Shown: positions 19,136-29,257, counted from the stretch's first letter. The stretch is 32,000 nt of DNA from Promethearchaeota archaeon (GCA_016933055.1 JAFGBS010000004.1:300001-332000), one strand, 5' to 3'. A program made the numbers and translations. Notes: generated from the sequence alone by a model not told the origin.

Positions 19136-19951
19136 GTGCCCAGAATCGAATTTTTTAACAAAGTAGATGTTATGCATACCATATCTCGTAGTTTTCAAGA
19201 CCTACAAACTCTTAGACATTGCGGAGTAAATGATATAGTATCAACATTATATCTTCCAATTCAAGTTAAAGAACCCGGAACCGCTCGGGATTTATATGAT
19301 TGGTTAATGAATGCAGAAGTGAAGCGTGGAAGAGAAGCTGGAGTGAATATTCATCCTGCAATAGGAATTCATCCTATGATGGTCCCAACGGATACTAAAG
19401 TATTAGATGGTGCTTTAAACTATCTCGAACAAGCCCTCAAAACCAAAAAAGCCATTGCTTTAGGAGAAACTGGACTTCATCGCGGCACTCCCGAAGAATT
19501 TATATCTTTCAAACGTCATTTAGAATTAGCTCGTCAATATAATATGCCAGTGATTATTCATACCCCCCATGAACAAAAAGGGGAACTAACTAAAGTGATA
19601 ATGAAAGAATTACAAAAGCATAAGGTGGAACGAGCTCTCATCGACCATGTTACTGGGGAAAATATTGCAATTGTCCTACAAGATCCTCGGAGAAACATTA
19701 AAATTGGCGTCAGTATCCAGAAATCCAATTTATCTAAGAAAGAAGCGCTTCTGTTGTATAAGAATTATTCATATGAAAACCGTTACATGATGAACACTAA
19801 TGCCGGTAATGGACCTGGTGATATATTGAGTGTGATAAAAGCCATTGAGTCTTTTGAAAAAGCTGGCTTTCAAACTCGGCTTTTGAAAAAACTGTGTTAT
19901 GATAATGCGTTGGATATTTTTGGCGGAATTTTACGTGAACCTTTTATTTAA
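19136..19951 (+). CDS. TatD-like amidohydrolase-fold protein (COG1099-like) with degenerate metal site
   Basis: AIGIHP, ALGETGL, PVIIHTP, LIDHV. The N-terminal DxHxH and C-terminal NSD motifs are altered. Confidence 0.8.
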   Translation: MPRIEFFNKVDVMHTISRSFQDLQTLRHCGVNDIVSTLYLPIQVKEPGTARDLYDWLMNAEVKRGREAGVNIHPAIGIHPMMVPTDTKVLDGALNYLEQALKTKKAIALGETGLHRGTPEEFISFKRHLELARQYNMPVIIHTPHEQKGELTKVIMKELQKHKVERALIDHVTGENIAIVLQDPRRNIKIGVSIQKSNLSKKEALLLYKNYSYENRYMMNTNAGNGPGDILSVIKAIESFEKAGFQTRLLKKLCYDNALDIFGGILREPFI

Positions 19952-20038
19952 TTCACCTATTTTTTAGAAAAAGAACTCTGAATTTTTATAAAGTTTCGAC
20001 TGAACAAGAATTTTAGAAATTATAGAGGTTTTCTAAGA

Positions 20039-20572
20039 GTGTCAAAACCCTACCAAAAAGCAAACATTCCTGGACCCGAAACAGGTGTATCGGTATTTGA
20101 ACCTGTAACTTTAGCTACAATTATTAATAAATCAAAAAACATTCTGCTCGTTATTGGGGCTGAATCTATAGAGGAAAGCGTTGGAAAAAAATCATATGCC
20201 GAATACCTGGTAGATCTGGGAATAAAATCGAAAGCATCAATCATCGCTACCACTAGTGCATATAAATTCCTTTCAGAAAAAACCAAACTGGATGGAATAA
20301 CAATCATGTCTCTAATTAATATTACTGACAGATTGCGAGATAATACATGGATTAATCTAGCTGGGAAGGGGGATAGATATGACCTCATTATATTTGGAGG
20401 ATTTTTGATCTATTACGTTAGCCAAAGTCTTTCAACGCTGAAGAATTATTCAGAGTATAGAACTGTTACTCTAGATCGTTATTACCATCCGAATGCACGT
20501 TTTTCACTGCCAAATTTAGAAAAAGAAGAATGGGAGCAATATTTAGAATCAGTATTATCGAATATTAAGTGA
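20039..20572 (+). CDS. cdhB: ACDS complex epsilon subunit
   Basis: ANIPGP, KNILLVIG, YDLIIFGG..YYVSQSLSTLKNY, TLDRYYHPNARFSLPNL. Immediately upstream of cdhC. Confidence 0.88.
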   Translation: MSKPYQKANIPGPETGVSVFEPVTLATIINKSKNILLVIGAESIEESVGKKSYAEYLVDLGIKSKASIIATTSAYKFLSEKTKLDGITIMSLINITDRLRDNTWINLAGKGDRYDLIIFGGFLIYYVSQSLSTLKNYSEYRTVTLDRYYHPNARFSLPNLEKEEWEQYLESVLSNIK

Positions 20573-20577
20573 TTATC

Positions 20578-22068
20578 ATGAGTTTTGAAGCATATCCAAT
20601 CGGTGTAGGACCGCAATTTGAGGGTGAACGAGTCAGAAAGAAAGAAATGTATATTGAATTGGGTGGACCGAAGATCGAAAAGAAATTTGAATTATGTGAG
20701 GTAAAACCCGCAAAAGCTATAAAAGATGGAATGGTAAAAATCATCGGTCCCGACATCTCCGAACTTAAAGAAGGGGGATCATATCCCATTGGAGCATATC
20801 TGGAAATATCAGGTTCCCAATTGGAACAAGATCTCGAGGCTGTAATTGAGCGAAGGTTTCATGATTTTTCTAATTTCATTCAAGGTTTTATGCATCTTAA
20901 TCAACGGTACACCAATTGGTTTCGATTATCCAAAAAATCCTATGAAAAAGGATTGAATTCGTTCAATATCTTAGGAGAAATCTTAATTAAACTATTCAAA
21001 GCTGAATATAACATCATAGAAAAAGCACAAATCACCTTTATCACTGATAAAAAACAAGTTGATGCGAAATTCAAATATGCCATGGAAGTTTATGATAAAC
21101 GGGATGAACGAATACGGGGAATGAAAGATGAAGACGTAGAGGAGTTTTATGCATGCACTTTATGTGCTAGCTTCGCCCCAAAACATGCTTGTGCTATAGC
21201 TCCCAATCGTATGAGTCTATGCGGTGCTATCAATTGGTTTGATGCCCGTGCAGCAGCGAAAGTGGATCCCAAAGGACCTATATTCAGAATAGAAAAGGGA
21301 GAATGTTTAAACGAAAAAGCAGGAGAATACACCGGTATAAATGAAATGATTAAGAATGCCTCCCTGGGGGAGATTGATAAGATCTACATGTATTCTGGAT
21401 TAGAATATCCCCATACTTCCTGTGGTTGCTTTGAAGCCATCGCATTTTATATACCAGAAGTCGAAGGATATGGGGTTGTTGACCGGGATTTCAAAGGAAT
21501 TGCTGTTAACGGATTACCGTTTAGTACTATGGCGAATAGTACGGGTGGAGGAAATCAAGTAGAAGGATTTAATGGAATAAGCATTGAATACATGCGCAGT
21601 CCCCGTTTCTTTCAATATGATGATGGATGGAATCGATTTGTATGGTTACCTTCTTCCGTTAAAGAGAGGATCAATGAGTTTATTCCCAAAGACTTGCTTG
21701 ATAAAATTGCCACAGAAGCCGAAGTCACCGAAATAAATGAATTAAAGGACTTTTTACAAAAGAAAGAGCATCCTGTAATGAAAAGATGGGAACAAGAAGA
21801 AGAGGAAGCAGATGAAGAGGAAGGTATAGAAGAATATCCACAGGCTCAAGCGATAGGATCTCCCACACAGATACCGTACACTATGCCTACTCAGGCATAC
21901 ACTCCCCAAGGAATCCCTCCAGGATCTCAGAGTTTTATTTTACCGGGTATTGTAATTCCAGCACCAAGTACGGGATCTGGACCTGGATTCAAGATCATCT
22001 TCAAAAACGTCAAAATCCATGCCGAATCCGTAACCGTGAAAAAGATCAAACCTAAGAAGAAGAAATAG
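20578..22068 (+). CDS. cdhC: ACDS complex beta subunit (acetyl-CoA synthase)
   Basis: GPQFEGERVRK, CTLCASFAP, PNRMSLCGAI, TSCGCFE, GGGNQVEGF. ATG 20578 preferred over GTG 20569. Confidence 0.95.
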   Translation: MSFEAYPIGVGPQFEGERVRKKEMYIELGGPKIEKKFELCEVKPAKAIKDGMVKIIGPDISELKEGGSYPIGAYLEISGSQLEQDLEAVIERRFHDFSNFIQGFMHLNQRYTNWFRLSKKSYEKGLNSFNILGEILIKLFKAEYNIIEKAQITFITDKKQVDAKFKYAMEVYDKRDERIRGMKDEDVEEFYACTLCASFAPKHACAIAPNRMSLCGAINWFDARAAAKVDPKGPIFRIEKGECLNEKAGEYTGINEMIKNASLGEIDKIYMYSGLEYPHTSCGCFEAIAFYIPEVEGYGVVDRDFKGIAVNGLPFSTMANSTGGGNQVEGFNGISIEYMRSPRFFQYDDGWNRFVWLPSSVKERINEFIPKDLLDKIATEAEVTEINELKDFLQKKEHPVMKRWEQEEEEADEEEGIEEYPQAQAIGSPTQIPYTMPTQAYTPQGIPPGSQSFILPGIVIPAPSTGSGPGFKIIFKNVKIHAESVTVKKIKPKKKK

Positions 22069-22105
22069 ATTCATTCATTTTTTTTATTTTTCTCAATTTT
22101 TGGCG
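22069..22105 (+). terminator. Putative oligo-T archaeal terminator after cdhC
   Basis: T-rich tract (TTTTTTTATTTTTCTCAATTTTTGG) directly after the stop codon. Confidence 0.4.
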
Positions 22106-22250
22106 CAGGATATTTTTGATTATTAAACCATTTAGGAAGGATTTTTTATTCCGTAATTGCAATATTCCTTAACAGTATCTTCTCATAATATTTAATATAG
22201 AGGATGAATTCATCAACATTACATACAAATTCACGGGAGATAACCCCTAA

Positions 22251-23153
22251 GTGAAGCCAATCGGCATAGCATGCAGACTGGATAAAGAAAATGCCTTAGA
22301 TTTAGCTGGTAAAATTATAGATTACCTTATGAAAAAAGATGCCAAGTTGGTTTTAGAAAATCGTATCGCTCAGCGATTCCAGCGATTTCTACCTAAAAAA
22401 GATCTACGCCAAATGAACAAAAGTCAAATTAAAGCGATCATTTCAGTGGGGGGAGATGGTACGATTTTACGAGTTGCGCAAAATCTCCCACGTAAGAATC
22501 CCGCTCCAATCCTTGGGGTAAATCTTGGAGACTCGGTAGGATTCTTGGATGAATGTGATTTGGGTTCAGATAAGTTATATGATACGCTGGACAAGCTAAT
22601 AAACGATGAGTTTTCTACAGAACGAGTGATGCGATTAGCGTCCTATCATCGACAAAATCGTTTTCCGGATGCCTTGAACGAAATTTATATTGTTTCTGCT
22701 AAACCCTCGAAGGTATTACGCGTGAATATTAAAGTTGATGGAGAATTTTATAGCATGGCTCATGTTGACGGATTAATTATATCTACTACCGTGGGAAGCA
22801 CAGCGTATTCATTATCTGCAGGAGGGGCGTTAGTAGATCCACGATTAGATTTGATTCAGATAGTACCGGTGAATCCTTTTGCACGTACAACCGTACGACC
22901 TATTATAGTTCCTAATTCGAGCCAAATTGAAGTAGAATTAGTACGACCTAAGCTTAATGCTCTTATTGTAATTGACGGACAACATGATTATCGTATTTAT
23001 CCTAAAAGCAAAATTCTTATTCAAAAATCAGATAGCGATATAGAATTTATTCGGTTCAATCCCAATTTACAAGAAAATTTTTATGATAAACTCCAGAGAA
23101 AGATTCTGGTTGGATTAAATTCCTCCATTATCGAGGATTCTCCAGAGGAATAA
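22251..23153 (+). CDS. nadK: NAD(+) kinase
   Basis: GGDGTILR, GVNLG..GFL, ALNE, DGLIISTTVGSTAYSLSAGG. Confidence 0.95.
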   Translation: MKPIGIACRLDKENALDLAGKIIDYLMKKDAKLVLENRIAQRFQRFLPKKDLRQMNKSQIKAIISVGGDGTILRVAQNLPRKNPAPILGVNLGDSVGFLDECDLGSDKLYDTLDKLINDEFSTERVMRLASYHRQNRFPDALNEIYIVSAKPSKVLRVNIKVDGEFYSMAHVDGLIISTTVGSTAYSLSAGGALVDPRLDLIQIVPVNPFARTTVRPIIVPNSSQIEVELVRPKLNALIVIDGQHDYRIYPKSKILIQKSDSDIEFIRFNPNLQENFYDKLQRKILVGLNSSIIEDSPEE

Positions 23154-23155
23154 TT

Positions 23156-23686
23156 GTGCAAGATTCTATGATCTATGTATTTGATACTAGTGCATTTATC
23201 AAGGGTATGGATGTCAATGTTATAGATCAATCAAGATGTTACACTACGGATGGGGTATTATCAGAGATCAAAAATAGTTTTAAAAGGCAAAGAATTGATA
23301 TCTCCATCCAATCAAGGAAATTAATAATCGCATCTCCTTCACTGGAAGCCGTGAGAAAAGCAAAACAAGCCGCTCTCCAAAGTGGAGATTTACCTTTCTT
23401 ATCTTCAGTTGATATAGATCTAATTGCATTAGCTATAACCTTAACGACTGATGTTATCGAATTGGCTGATAACACTTCCCTTTTAGAAGTGATCACTGAC
23501 GATTACTCTATACAGAATGTATTAAAGCACTTGAATATCCGTATCCATTCTTTCATGCAAAAAGGAATACGAGACTTCATACGATGGGAAATTTATTGTC
23601 CCGTTTGCAATAAAATCTACAAAGCGGATAAGAATAATTACTGTACTGATTGTGAAGTCAAATTGAAAAGACGACCAATTCAATAA
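23156..23686 (+). CDS. nob1: Nob1 endonuclease (PIN domain plus Zn ribbon)
   Basis: YVFDTSAFI, LSSVDIDLIALA, TDDYSIQNV, CPVC...CTDC. Confidence 0.88.
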   Translation: MQDSMIYVFDTSAFIKGMDVNVIDQSRCYTTDGVLSEIKNSFKRQRIDISIQSRKLIIASPSLEAVRKAKQAALQSGDLPFLSSVDIDLIALAITLTTDVIELADNTSLLEVITDDYSIQNVLKHLNIRIHSFMQKGIRDFIRWEIYCPVCNKIYKADKNNYCTDCEVKLKRRPIQ

Positions 23687-23738
23687 GAATAGAATTTTTT
23701 AATTAATTATCGATTACAATAATAATAAGGTGGAATAA

Positions 23739-24785
23739 GTGGGTGTAAAAATTTCAACATTGATTAAACCAGCATTAACAGAAATTACCTTACCAAATTT
23801 GTTGGGGAAAAAAATTGCCATAGATGCTTTTAATAGTATTTATCAATTTCTCGCTACTATACGCCAACCAGATGGAACCCCTCTAAGAGATCACCAAGGA
23901 AATGTGACCTCTCATTTATCGGGTTTACTATTTCGGACCTTACGTTTGATTGAAAATGATATAAAACCATTATATGTATTTGATGGTCCCCCTCATGAAC
24001 TGAAATCTCAGATCGTTCAAGAACGTCGAGAAAAACGCGAAGAAGAAAAGCATAAAATGTTACAGGCACAAGATGAAGGAGATTTTGAGGAGGCAATGAA
24101 ACATGCACAAGCTAGTTCTAAGCTAACCTCTGAGATGATTGAAGAAAGTAAACAGATGCTAAATTATATGGGTGTTCCTTACATTGAAGCCCCTCATGAT
24201 GGGGAAGCTGAAGCTGCCCGTTTAACCAATGAAGGATTAGTATGGGCATGTTCTTCCCAAGATTATGACTCGTTATTATTTGGTTCCAGTCGTCTTGTGA
24301 GAAATTTGACTATGTCCAGAACGCGTCGAGTGAAGGGAACTACCATAGAAGTTCAGATTGAATATTATTTCTTAGAAAAAGTATTAAACGAATTAAAAAT
24401 TACTCGTGAACAACTTATTGATATTGGCATTCTGGTGGGGGTCGATTTTTTTCCTGGATTTAAAGGATTAGGAGAAAAAACAGCGTATAAACTGATAAAA
24501 GAAAATGGTTCAATCGAAACTATTATCAATAAGGGCATTGAAGTAAGGAACACTCCCATCGAAATAGATTTGGAACTGTTAAATACCCTCCGCAAGATCT
24601 TTCTCAATGTTAAAAAACCAGACAAAATTCCCAATTTTGTGTGGAAGAAGCCTGATGAAGAAAAATTGCGGGAACTATTGATAGAACAAAAAAACTTTTC
24701 CGAAGAACGAGTCAGTTCTGCGATAAAGCGATTAGTGCAAAAAAAATCCCAAAAATCCCAAGTAAATTTAGATCGATTTTTTTAG
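23739..24785 (+). CDS. fen: Flap endonuclease 1
   Basis: MGV, AIDAFNSIYQFLATIRQPDG, TSHLSG, FDG, APHDGEAEA, SQDYDSLLFG; C-terminal PCNA PIP box SQVNLDRFF. Confidence 0.97.
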   Translation: MGVKISTLIKPALTEITLPNLLGKKIAIDAFNSIYQFLATIRQPDGTPLRDHQGNVTSHLSGLLFRTLRLIENDIKPLYVFDGPPHELKSQIVQERREKREEEKHKMLQAQDEGDFEEAMKHAQASSKLTSEMIEESKQMLNYMGVPYIEAPHDGEAEAARLTNEGLVWACSSQDYDSLLFGSSRLVRNLTMSRTRRVKGTTIEVQIEYYFLEKVLNELKITREQLIDIGILVGVDFFPGFKGLGEKTAYKLIKENGSIETIINKGIEVRNTPIEIDLELLNTLRKIFLNVKKPDKIPNFVWKKPDEEKLRELLIEQKNFSEERVSSAIKRLVQKKSQKSQVNLDRFF

Positions 24786-24899
24786 AATCTCAAAAACTAA
24801 CTTCTTTAGGAATGAACCATTTTTTCAAACACATATTGCGGAATTTCCACTTCTTACTTAGACTAAATATAGTAGTAACAATCAAAATGGGAATTGTAT

Positions 24900-27125
24900 A
24901 TGGCAAACAATTCAGATAATAATACGCCGAATAATAAACCCAAAGAAATAGTATTAAGGGTTCTCGATGCACGAAAACGAGATGTAGGTCGATCTATCAT
25001 TCGGATCGATACCGAAACCATGAATGGATTAGAAATCAGCACAGGAGATATTGTTGAAATAATTGGGAACAGTACCTCAGCTGCCATTGCATGGCCTTCT
25101 TATCCTCAAGATCAAGGATTGGGAATTTTAAGAATTGATGCACGATTACGTCAAAATGTTGGATTGAGTATAGACGAAATGGCTACGATTCGAAAAGCAG
25201 ATGCTCAAGTCGCTAAAAGTATCGTCTTAAAACCCCATCAAGTAAAAATTAAATCCAATGCGAGATTTGAAAGCTTTGTAAAACGCAAACTGCTAAGTTA
25301 TCCCGTTACCAAAGATGATTTAATTTATATTAGCATTGGCATATCGCGTGAAATTGCATTTAAAGTCACAAGCATTAAACCCGATGAAATTTGTATCATC
25401 AAACAATCCACGCAACTACATATCAGTGAAAGCACTCAAGAGGAAGCTCCCCAAGGAATTGCTTTTATTACTTATGAAAATGTGGGGGGCTTGGATGAAG
25501 AAATCAATCGGATCCGAGAACTGGTCGAACTTCCCTTAAAACATCCTGAATTATTTAATCGATTAGGTATAGATCCTCCAAAAGGAGTATTGTTACGAGG
25601 ACCACCTGGATGTGGGAAAACTCTTCTCGCTAAAGCAGTTGCAAATGAATCGGAAGCTCACTTTATCTCCATAAATGGACCCGAAATTATGAGTAAATTT
25701 TATGGGGAGTCGGAGAAAAAACTTCGAAGTCTATTCAAGGAAGCAGAAGATAAAGCTCCTACAGTAGTTTTTATTGATGAACTAGATGCAATCGCTCCCA
25801 AACGAGAAAATGTAACGGGAGAAGTGGAAAGACGTGTTGTAGCACAGATGTTAGCTCTCATGGACGGACTTCAAAGTCGGGGCCGTGTATTGGTAATTGG
25901 TGCGACCAATCGCCCCAATGCGCTTGATCCTGCTTTACGTCGCCCCGGTCGGTTTGACCGAGAGATCGAAATCAAAGTTCCTGACGAGAAAGGAAGATTA
26001 GAGATTTTACAAATTCATACCCGTAATATGCCTTTAGATGAAGATGTATCTCTCAATGAATTTGCTAAGGGTACTCATGGGTATGTAGGGGCGGATATTG
26101 CAGCTTTATGCAGAGAATCCGCTATGGTTGCTTTACGACGTTATCTTCCCGAAATTGATCCGAACTCAGAAGAAATACCCATTGATATTTTAGAAAAAAT
26201 TAGAATCACCAAAAATGATTTTGAGATAGCTAAACGCGAAATCATTCCCTCTGGGATACGGGAAGTCTTCATTGAAATTCCAGATGTTCATTGGGCTGAC
26301 GTAGGGGGTTTGGAAGAAGTGAAACAAGCCTTGAAAGAAGCCGTAGAATGGCCGATTAAGGCTCCTGAAACCTTTAAAAAGATGGGAATGAGTCCACAAA
26401 AAGGCGTTCTTTTATACGGTCCCCCCGGATGCGGTAAAACCTTACTTGCTCGTGCTGTAGCGACTGAAAGTGAAGCTAATTTCATCTCCATCAAGGGTCC
26501 GGAAGTTCTTTCTAAATGGGTGGGTGAATCAGAAAAAGCTATTCGCGAAATATTTCGTAAAGCTAAGGTTGCCTCTCCATGTATCATTTTTATTGATGAG
26601 ATTGATTCGATAGCTTCTTCGCGTTCATTACAAAATGATTCTAGTGGAGTTACGAATCGAATATTATCCCAATTACTCAGTGAATTAGATGGATTACAAG
26701 GAACTAATGGATTAGTTTTTATTGCTGCCACAAACGCCCCCCATATCTTGGATCTAGCCTTAATGCGTCCCGGTCGCCTTGATCGTTTCTGTCATGTACC
26801 CACACCTAATGATGATGATAAAAAGAAGATCTATGACATTTTCATTTCTCGAATGTATATTCATAAAGAAATTGATATCGATACATTAGTAAGGCGATCC
26901 CAAGATTATTCTGGTGCTGATATCGAGATGCATTGCAAAGCAGCGGCTTTTCAAGCAATGGGAGAGGGCGGCACATTAAAAGCACGAAAAATAAGGATGA
27001 AACATTTTGAAGAAGCACGGGGCAAAATTCACCCCTCATGTACTCAAGAAATCCGGGAATCATATGAGAATTTTGAAGCGAAAATCCATGCACGGAAGAA
27101 GAATAGATTAACTATGTTCTCGTAG
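24900..27125 (+). CDS. cdc48: CDC48/VAT family AAA+ ATPase
   Basis: N-domain (DVGRSIIRID) and two AAA modules (GPPGCGKT twice, FIDELD/FIDEID, RPGRFDR/RPGRLDR). ATG 24900 preferred over TTG 24894. Confidence 0.96.
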   Translation: MANNSDNNTPNNKPKEIVLRVLDARKRDVGRSIIRIDTETMNGLEISTGDIVEIIGNSTSAAIAWPSYPQDQGLGILRIDARLRQNVGLSIDEMATIRKADAQVAKSIVLKPHQVKIKSNARFESFVKRKLLSYPVTKDDLIYISIGISREIAFKVTSIKPDEICIIKQSTQLHISESTQEEAPQGIAFITYENVGGLDEEINRIRELVELPLKHPELFNRLGIDPPKGVLLRGPPGCGKTLLAKAVANESEAHFISINGPEIMSKFYGESEKKLRSLFKEAEDKAPTVVFIDELDAIAPKRENVTGEVERRVVAQMLALMDGLQSRGRVLVIGATNRPNALDPALRRPGRFDREIEIKVPDEKGRLEILQIHTRNMPLDEDVSLNEFAKGTHGYVGADIAALCRESAMVALRRYLPEIDPNSEEIPIDILEKIRITKNDFEIAKREIIPSGIREVFIEIPDVHWADVGGLEEVKQALKEAVEWPIKAPETFKKMGMSPQKGVLLYGPPGCGKTLLARAVATESEANFISIKGPEVLSKWVGESEKAIREIFRKAKVASPCIIFIDEIDSIASSRSLQNDSSGVTNRILSQLLSELDGLQGTNGLVFIAATNAPHILDLALMRPGRLDRFCHVPTPNDDDKKKIYDIFISRMYIHKEIDIDTLVRRSQDYSGADIEMHCKAAAFQAMGEGGTLKARKIRMKHFEEARGKIHPSCTQEIRESYENFEAKIHARKKNRLTMFS

Positions 27126-27250
27126 AAAAAATTTTAATTGTCGTTTTTCTATAGAGAATATAATCTTATTTTAGTCAAACTTCAACGACTCGAATAACCA
27201 AATCTTTCATTAATTCTTATATTTATATTGATAACATCCAGTGCACTATT

Positions 27251-27538
27251 ATGGGAAAACTCGGTACATGGAAAGTACAACCAATAAATAATGAAATCGT
27301 AACAATATTGGTGCGACACAAAGGAGAAATGCTGGACTCAGAACTCTTAAGAACATTGCAAAGTAAATATGTGGATATCACCCGCAATACATTGTACAAA
27401 TGTTTATTCACTCTCGAAGTCTCAAATATCATCGAAGTCATCCGATTGCGTCAAAATAAATACAAAATTTCGTTACGTAAAGACGCACCTATTGATGAAA
27501 GTTTTATAGATACTTTAAAAAACTACACTAAATCATAA
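27251..27538 (+). CDS. Small winged helix-turn-helix protein
   Basis: ELLRTLQ...RNTLYKCLFTLEVSNIIEV...YKISL gives a recognition helix plus wing pattern. TTTATA lies ~25 nt upstream of the ATG. Confidence 0.65.
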   Translation: MGKLGTWKVQPINNEIVTILVRHKGEMLDSELLRTLQSKYVDITRNTLYKCLFTLEVSNIIEVIRLRQNKYKISLRKDAPIDESFIDTLKNYTKS

Positions 27539-29137
27539 TTTGGTATAGCGTGAACACACGTCTTCCAAGGTTTCTATATCGGTTGTATTTTTGCATATTC
27601 GATTGCGAATGTTCACAAAAATCGGAAAATTGGTAGCATTGCCTAGTAATAAGGCATTTCCTGTTGGTAAATTTGAGATCATCCGCATGGATTCTCGTGT
27701 TAATGCCTCAGAGGTTGCTTTTATATGATCCAAATCATTAGGATTGGTTACACGGAGTATTATATGAGTATTGCATTGAGAAAGTACGGTATTACTAAGT
27801 TTAACGGGACGTTGAGATATTAAGCAGAGTTGTCCGAAGAATTTTCGTCCTTCACGAGCGATAGTTTCAATTATCGATTTTGATATTGATGAATTATTTA
27901 TGGAGTGTTCAGGAGCAAATTGATGTGCTTCCTCTAAAATAATGAAAAACGGTGGTACCTCCTCTTTTCTTCGCATGTAAAATAGCCGATCTAATAAAAA
28001 TGACACGATAATTTGTTTTTTTCGTATCGATATTAAGGAAGAAAGATCTATAATGTTTAATCTACCGGGTTCAATTAAGGTTCGCAACACGGGATGATTT
28101 TTTTTAGCAAAAATTTTGTTTCGATTTAAATCACTTAACCATCCCGATAAAGCACTCCGAACTTTTTGGTTGATACTTTGATCTTTTTCTATACGGGTGA
28201 TAATCTCTGAAATATCGTATTGGTCATTATTTTCTTCGTATTTAAGCCGATTTAACACGCTTTTAAGTTCCCGTATTTGAGCATTAGATATATTAGGTTG
28301 AAATTTTGCAAAATCATACGCTGTGAGGGAGGATACAGCGATTTGAAAATATCGTGCATCATGTCGGGTGGTAAATTTTGTAAATTCTTGATTTTCTAAA
28401 GTGTTATGATCTGTAAAGAACTTATATTCCCCATGTACATCAAATAGAATAATTCCTGGAGTACCCTGATTAGTATTGGATCTTTTTAATAATTCTTCCA
28501 ATACCACCGATACTAGATAACTCTTCCCCGCTCCAGACATGGCTAAAATTGCTACATGTTTATTGATTAAACGGGACAAATTGAGTTTTACAGGCGTATT
28601 ATAATGGGATAGTGATCCGATGTATAATCCATGTGGGTCTATTCCCAGTAAAATGTCTAATAGTTCCCCTTGAACTACACTAACTTTACTGCCGGGTTTC
28701 GCAGGGAAATAACTTCTTTTCAAGACTGACTGAAATTTCAAAGGCGCATCGGTTAGCGTTGCGGTGGATTTAGCTATTTTGGGAAATACGCCTAGTACTT
28801 TTACGTATGCTAAATAATCCTCCCATTTTTCACTGGGAAAATAGGAACAAATATTTGACAAATATCCTTTATCAAAATTCTTAACCGTTTGAGGATTGGA
28901 GTAATATTCATTATTTACAATTATATCTTCAATTTTTCCGATGAGCATACCTTCCTCAGATAAAGTTGAACAAAACATACCTTGTCTTATTAGAGAATTT
29001 TGAACATTAGGATCTACAATAAAAAGGTAATGATCTGTATTGGGCGAATTTTCCGCTGGAGATGTATAAATAGTGCCAATATTTTCTCCTGTATAGATAT
29101 CATTGAATCCTTTTTGCATAGATTTCGTGCTGTCCAT
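27533..29137 (-). CDS. herA: HerA-family ATPase/helicase (HAS barrel plus FtsK/HerA domain)
   Basis: KHVAILAMSGAGKS, FDVHGEY, ILEEAHQFAP, IAREGRKF, ISQRP..L...VLSQCNT, LPTGNA. ATG 29137 preferred over TTG 29155. Confidence 0.85.
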   Translation of the reverse strand: MDSTKSMQKGFNDIYTGENIGTIYTSPAENSPNTDHYLFIVDPNVQNSLIRQGMFCSTLSEEGMLIGKIEDIIVNNEYYSNPQTVKNFDKGYLSNICSYFPSEKWEDYLAYVKVLGVFPKIAKSTATLTDAPLKFQSVLKRSYFPAKPGSKVSVVQGELLDILLGIDPHGLYIGSLSHYNTPVKLNLSRLINKHVAILAMSGAGKSYLVSVVLEELLKRSNTNQGTPGIILFDVHGEYKFFTDHNTLENQEFTKFTTRHDARYFQIAVSSLTAYDFAKFQPNISNAQIRELKSVLNRLKYEENNDQYDISEIITRIEKDQSINQKVRSALSGWLSDLNRNKIFAKKNHPVLRTLIEPGRLNIIDLSSLISIRKKQIIVSFLLDRLFYMRRKEEVPPFFIILEEAHQFAPEHSINNSSISKSIIETIAREGRKFFGQLCLISQRPVKLSNTVLSQCNTHIILRVTNPNDLDHIKATSEALTRESMRMISNLPTGNALLLGNATNFPIFVNIRNRICKNTTDIETLEDVCSRYTKL

Positions 29138-29257
29138 TAACACCACAATACTCAAAAATTTACAAGACTCGCTACAATAAATCGAAAATCTCGTTATTTT
29201 TAATTTGAGTCATCCACTTTATAAGAAAATAGAGTGTGAGGGATTTTTAATATCCCA

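Noticed and set aside
26288-26731. 147-aa antisense ORF and other short ORFs nested in POR, ECF, FEN1, CDC48 and MutL
   Set aside because: Shadows of well-supported genes on the opposite strand or in another frame, with no motifs.
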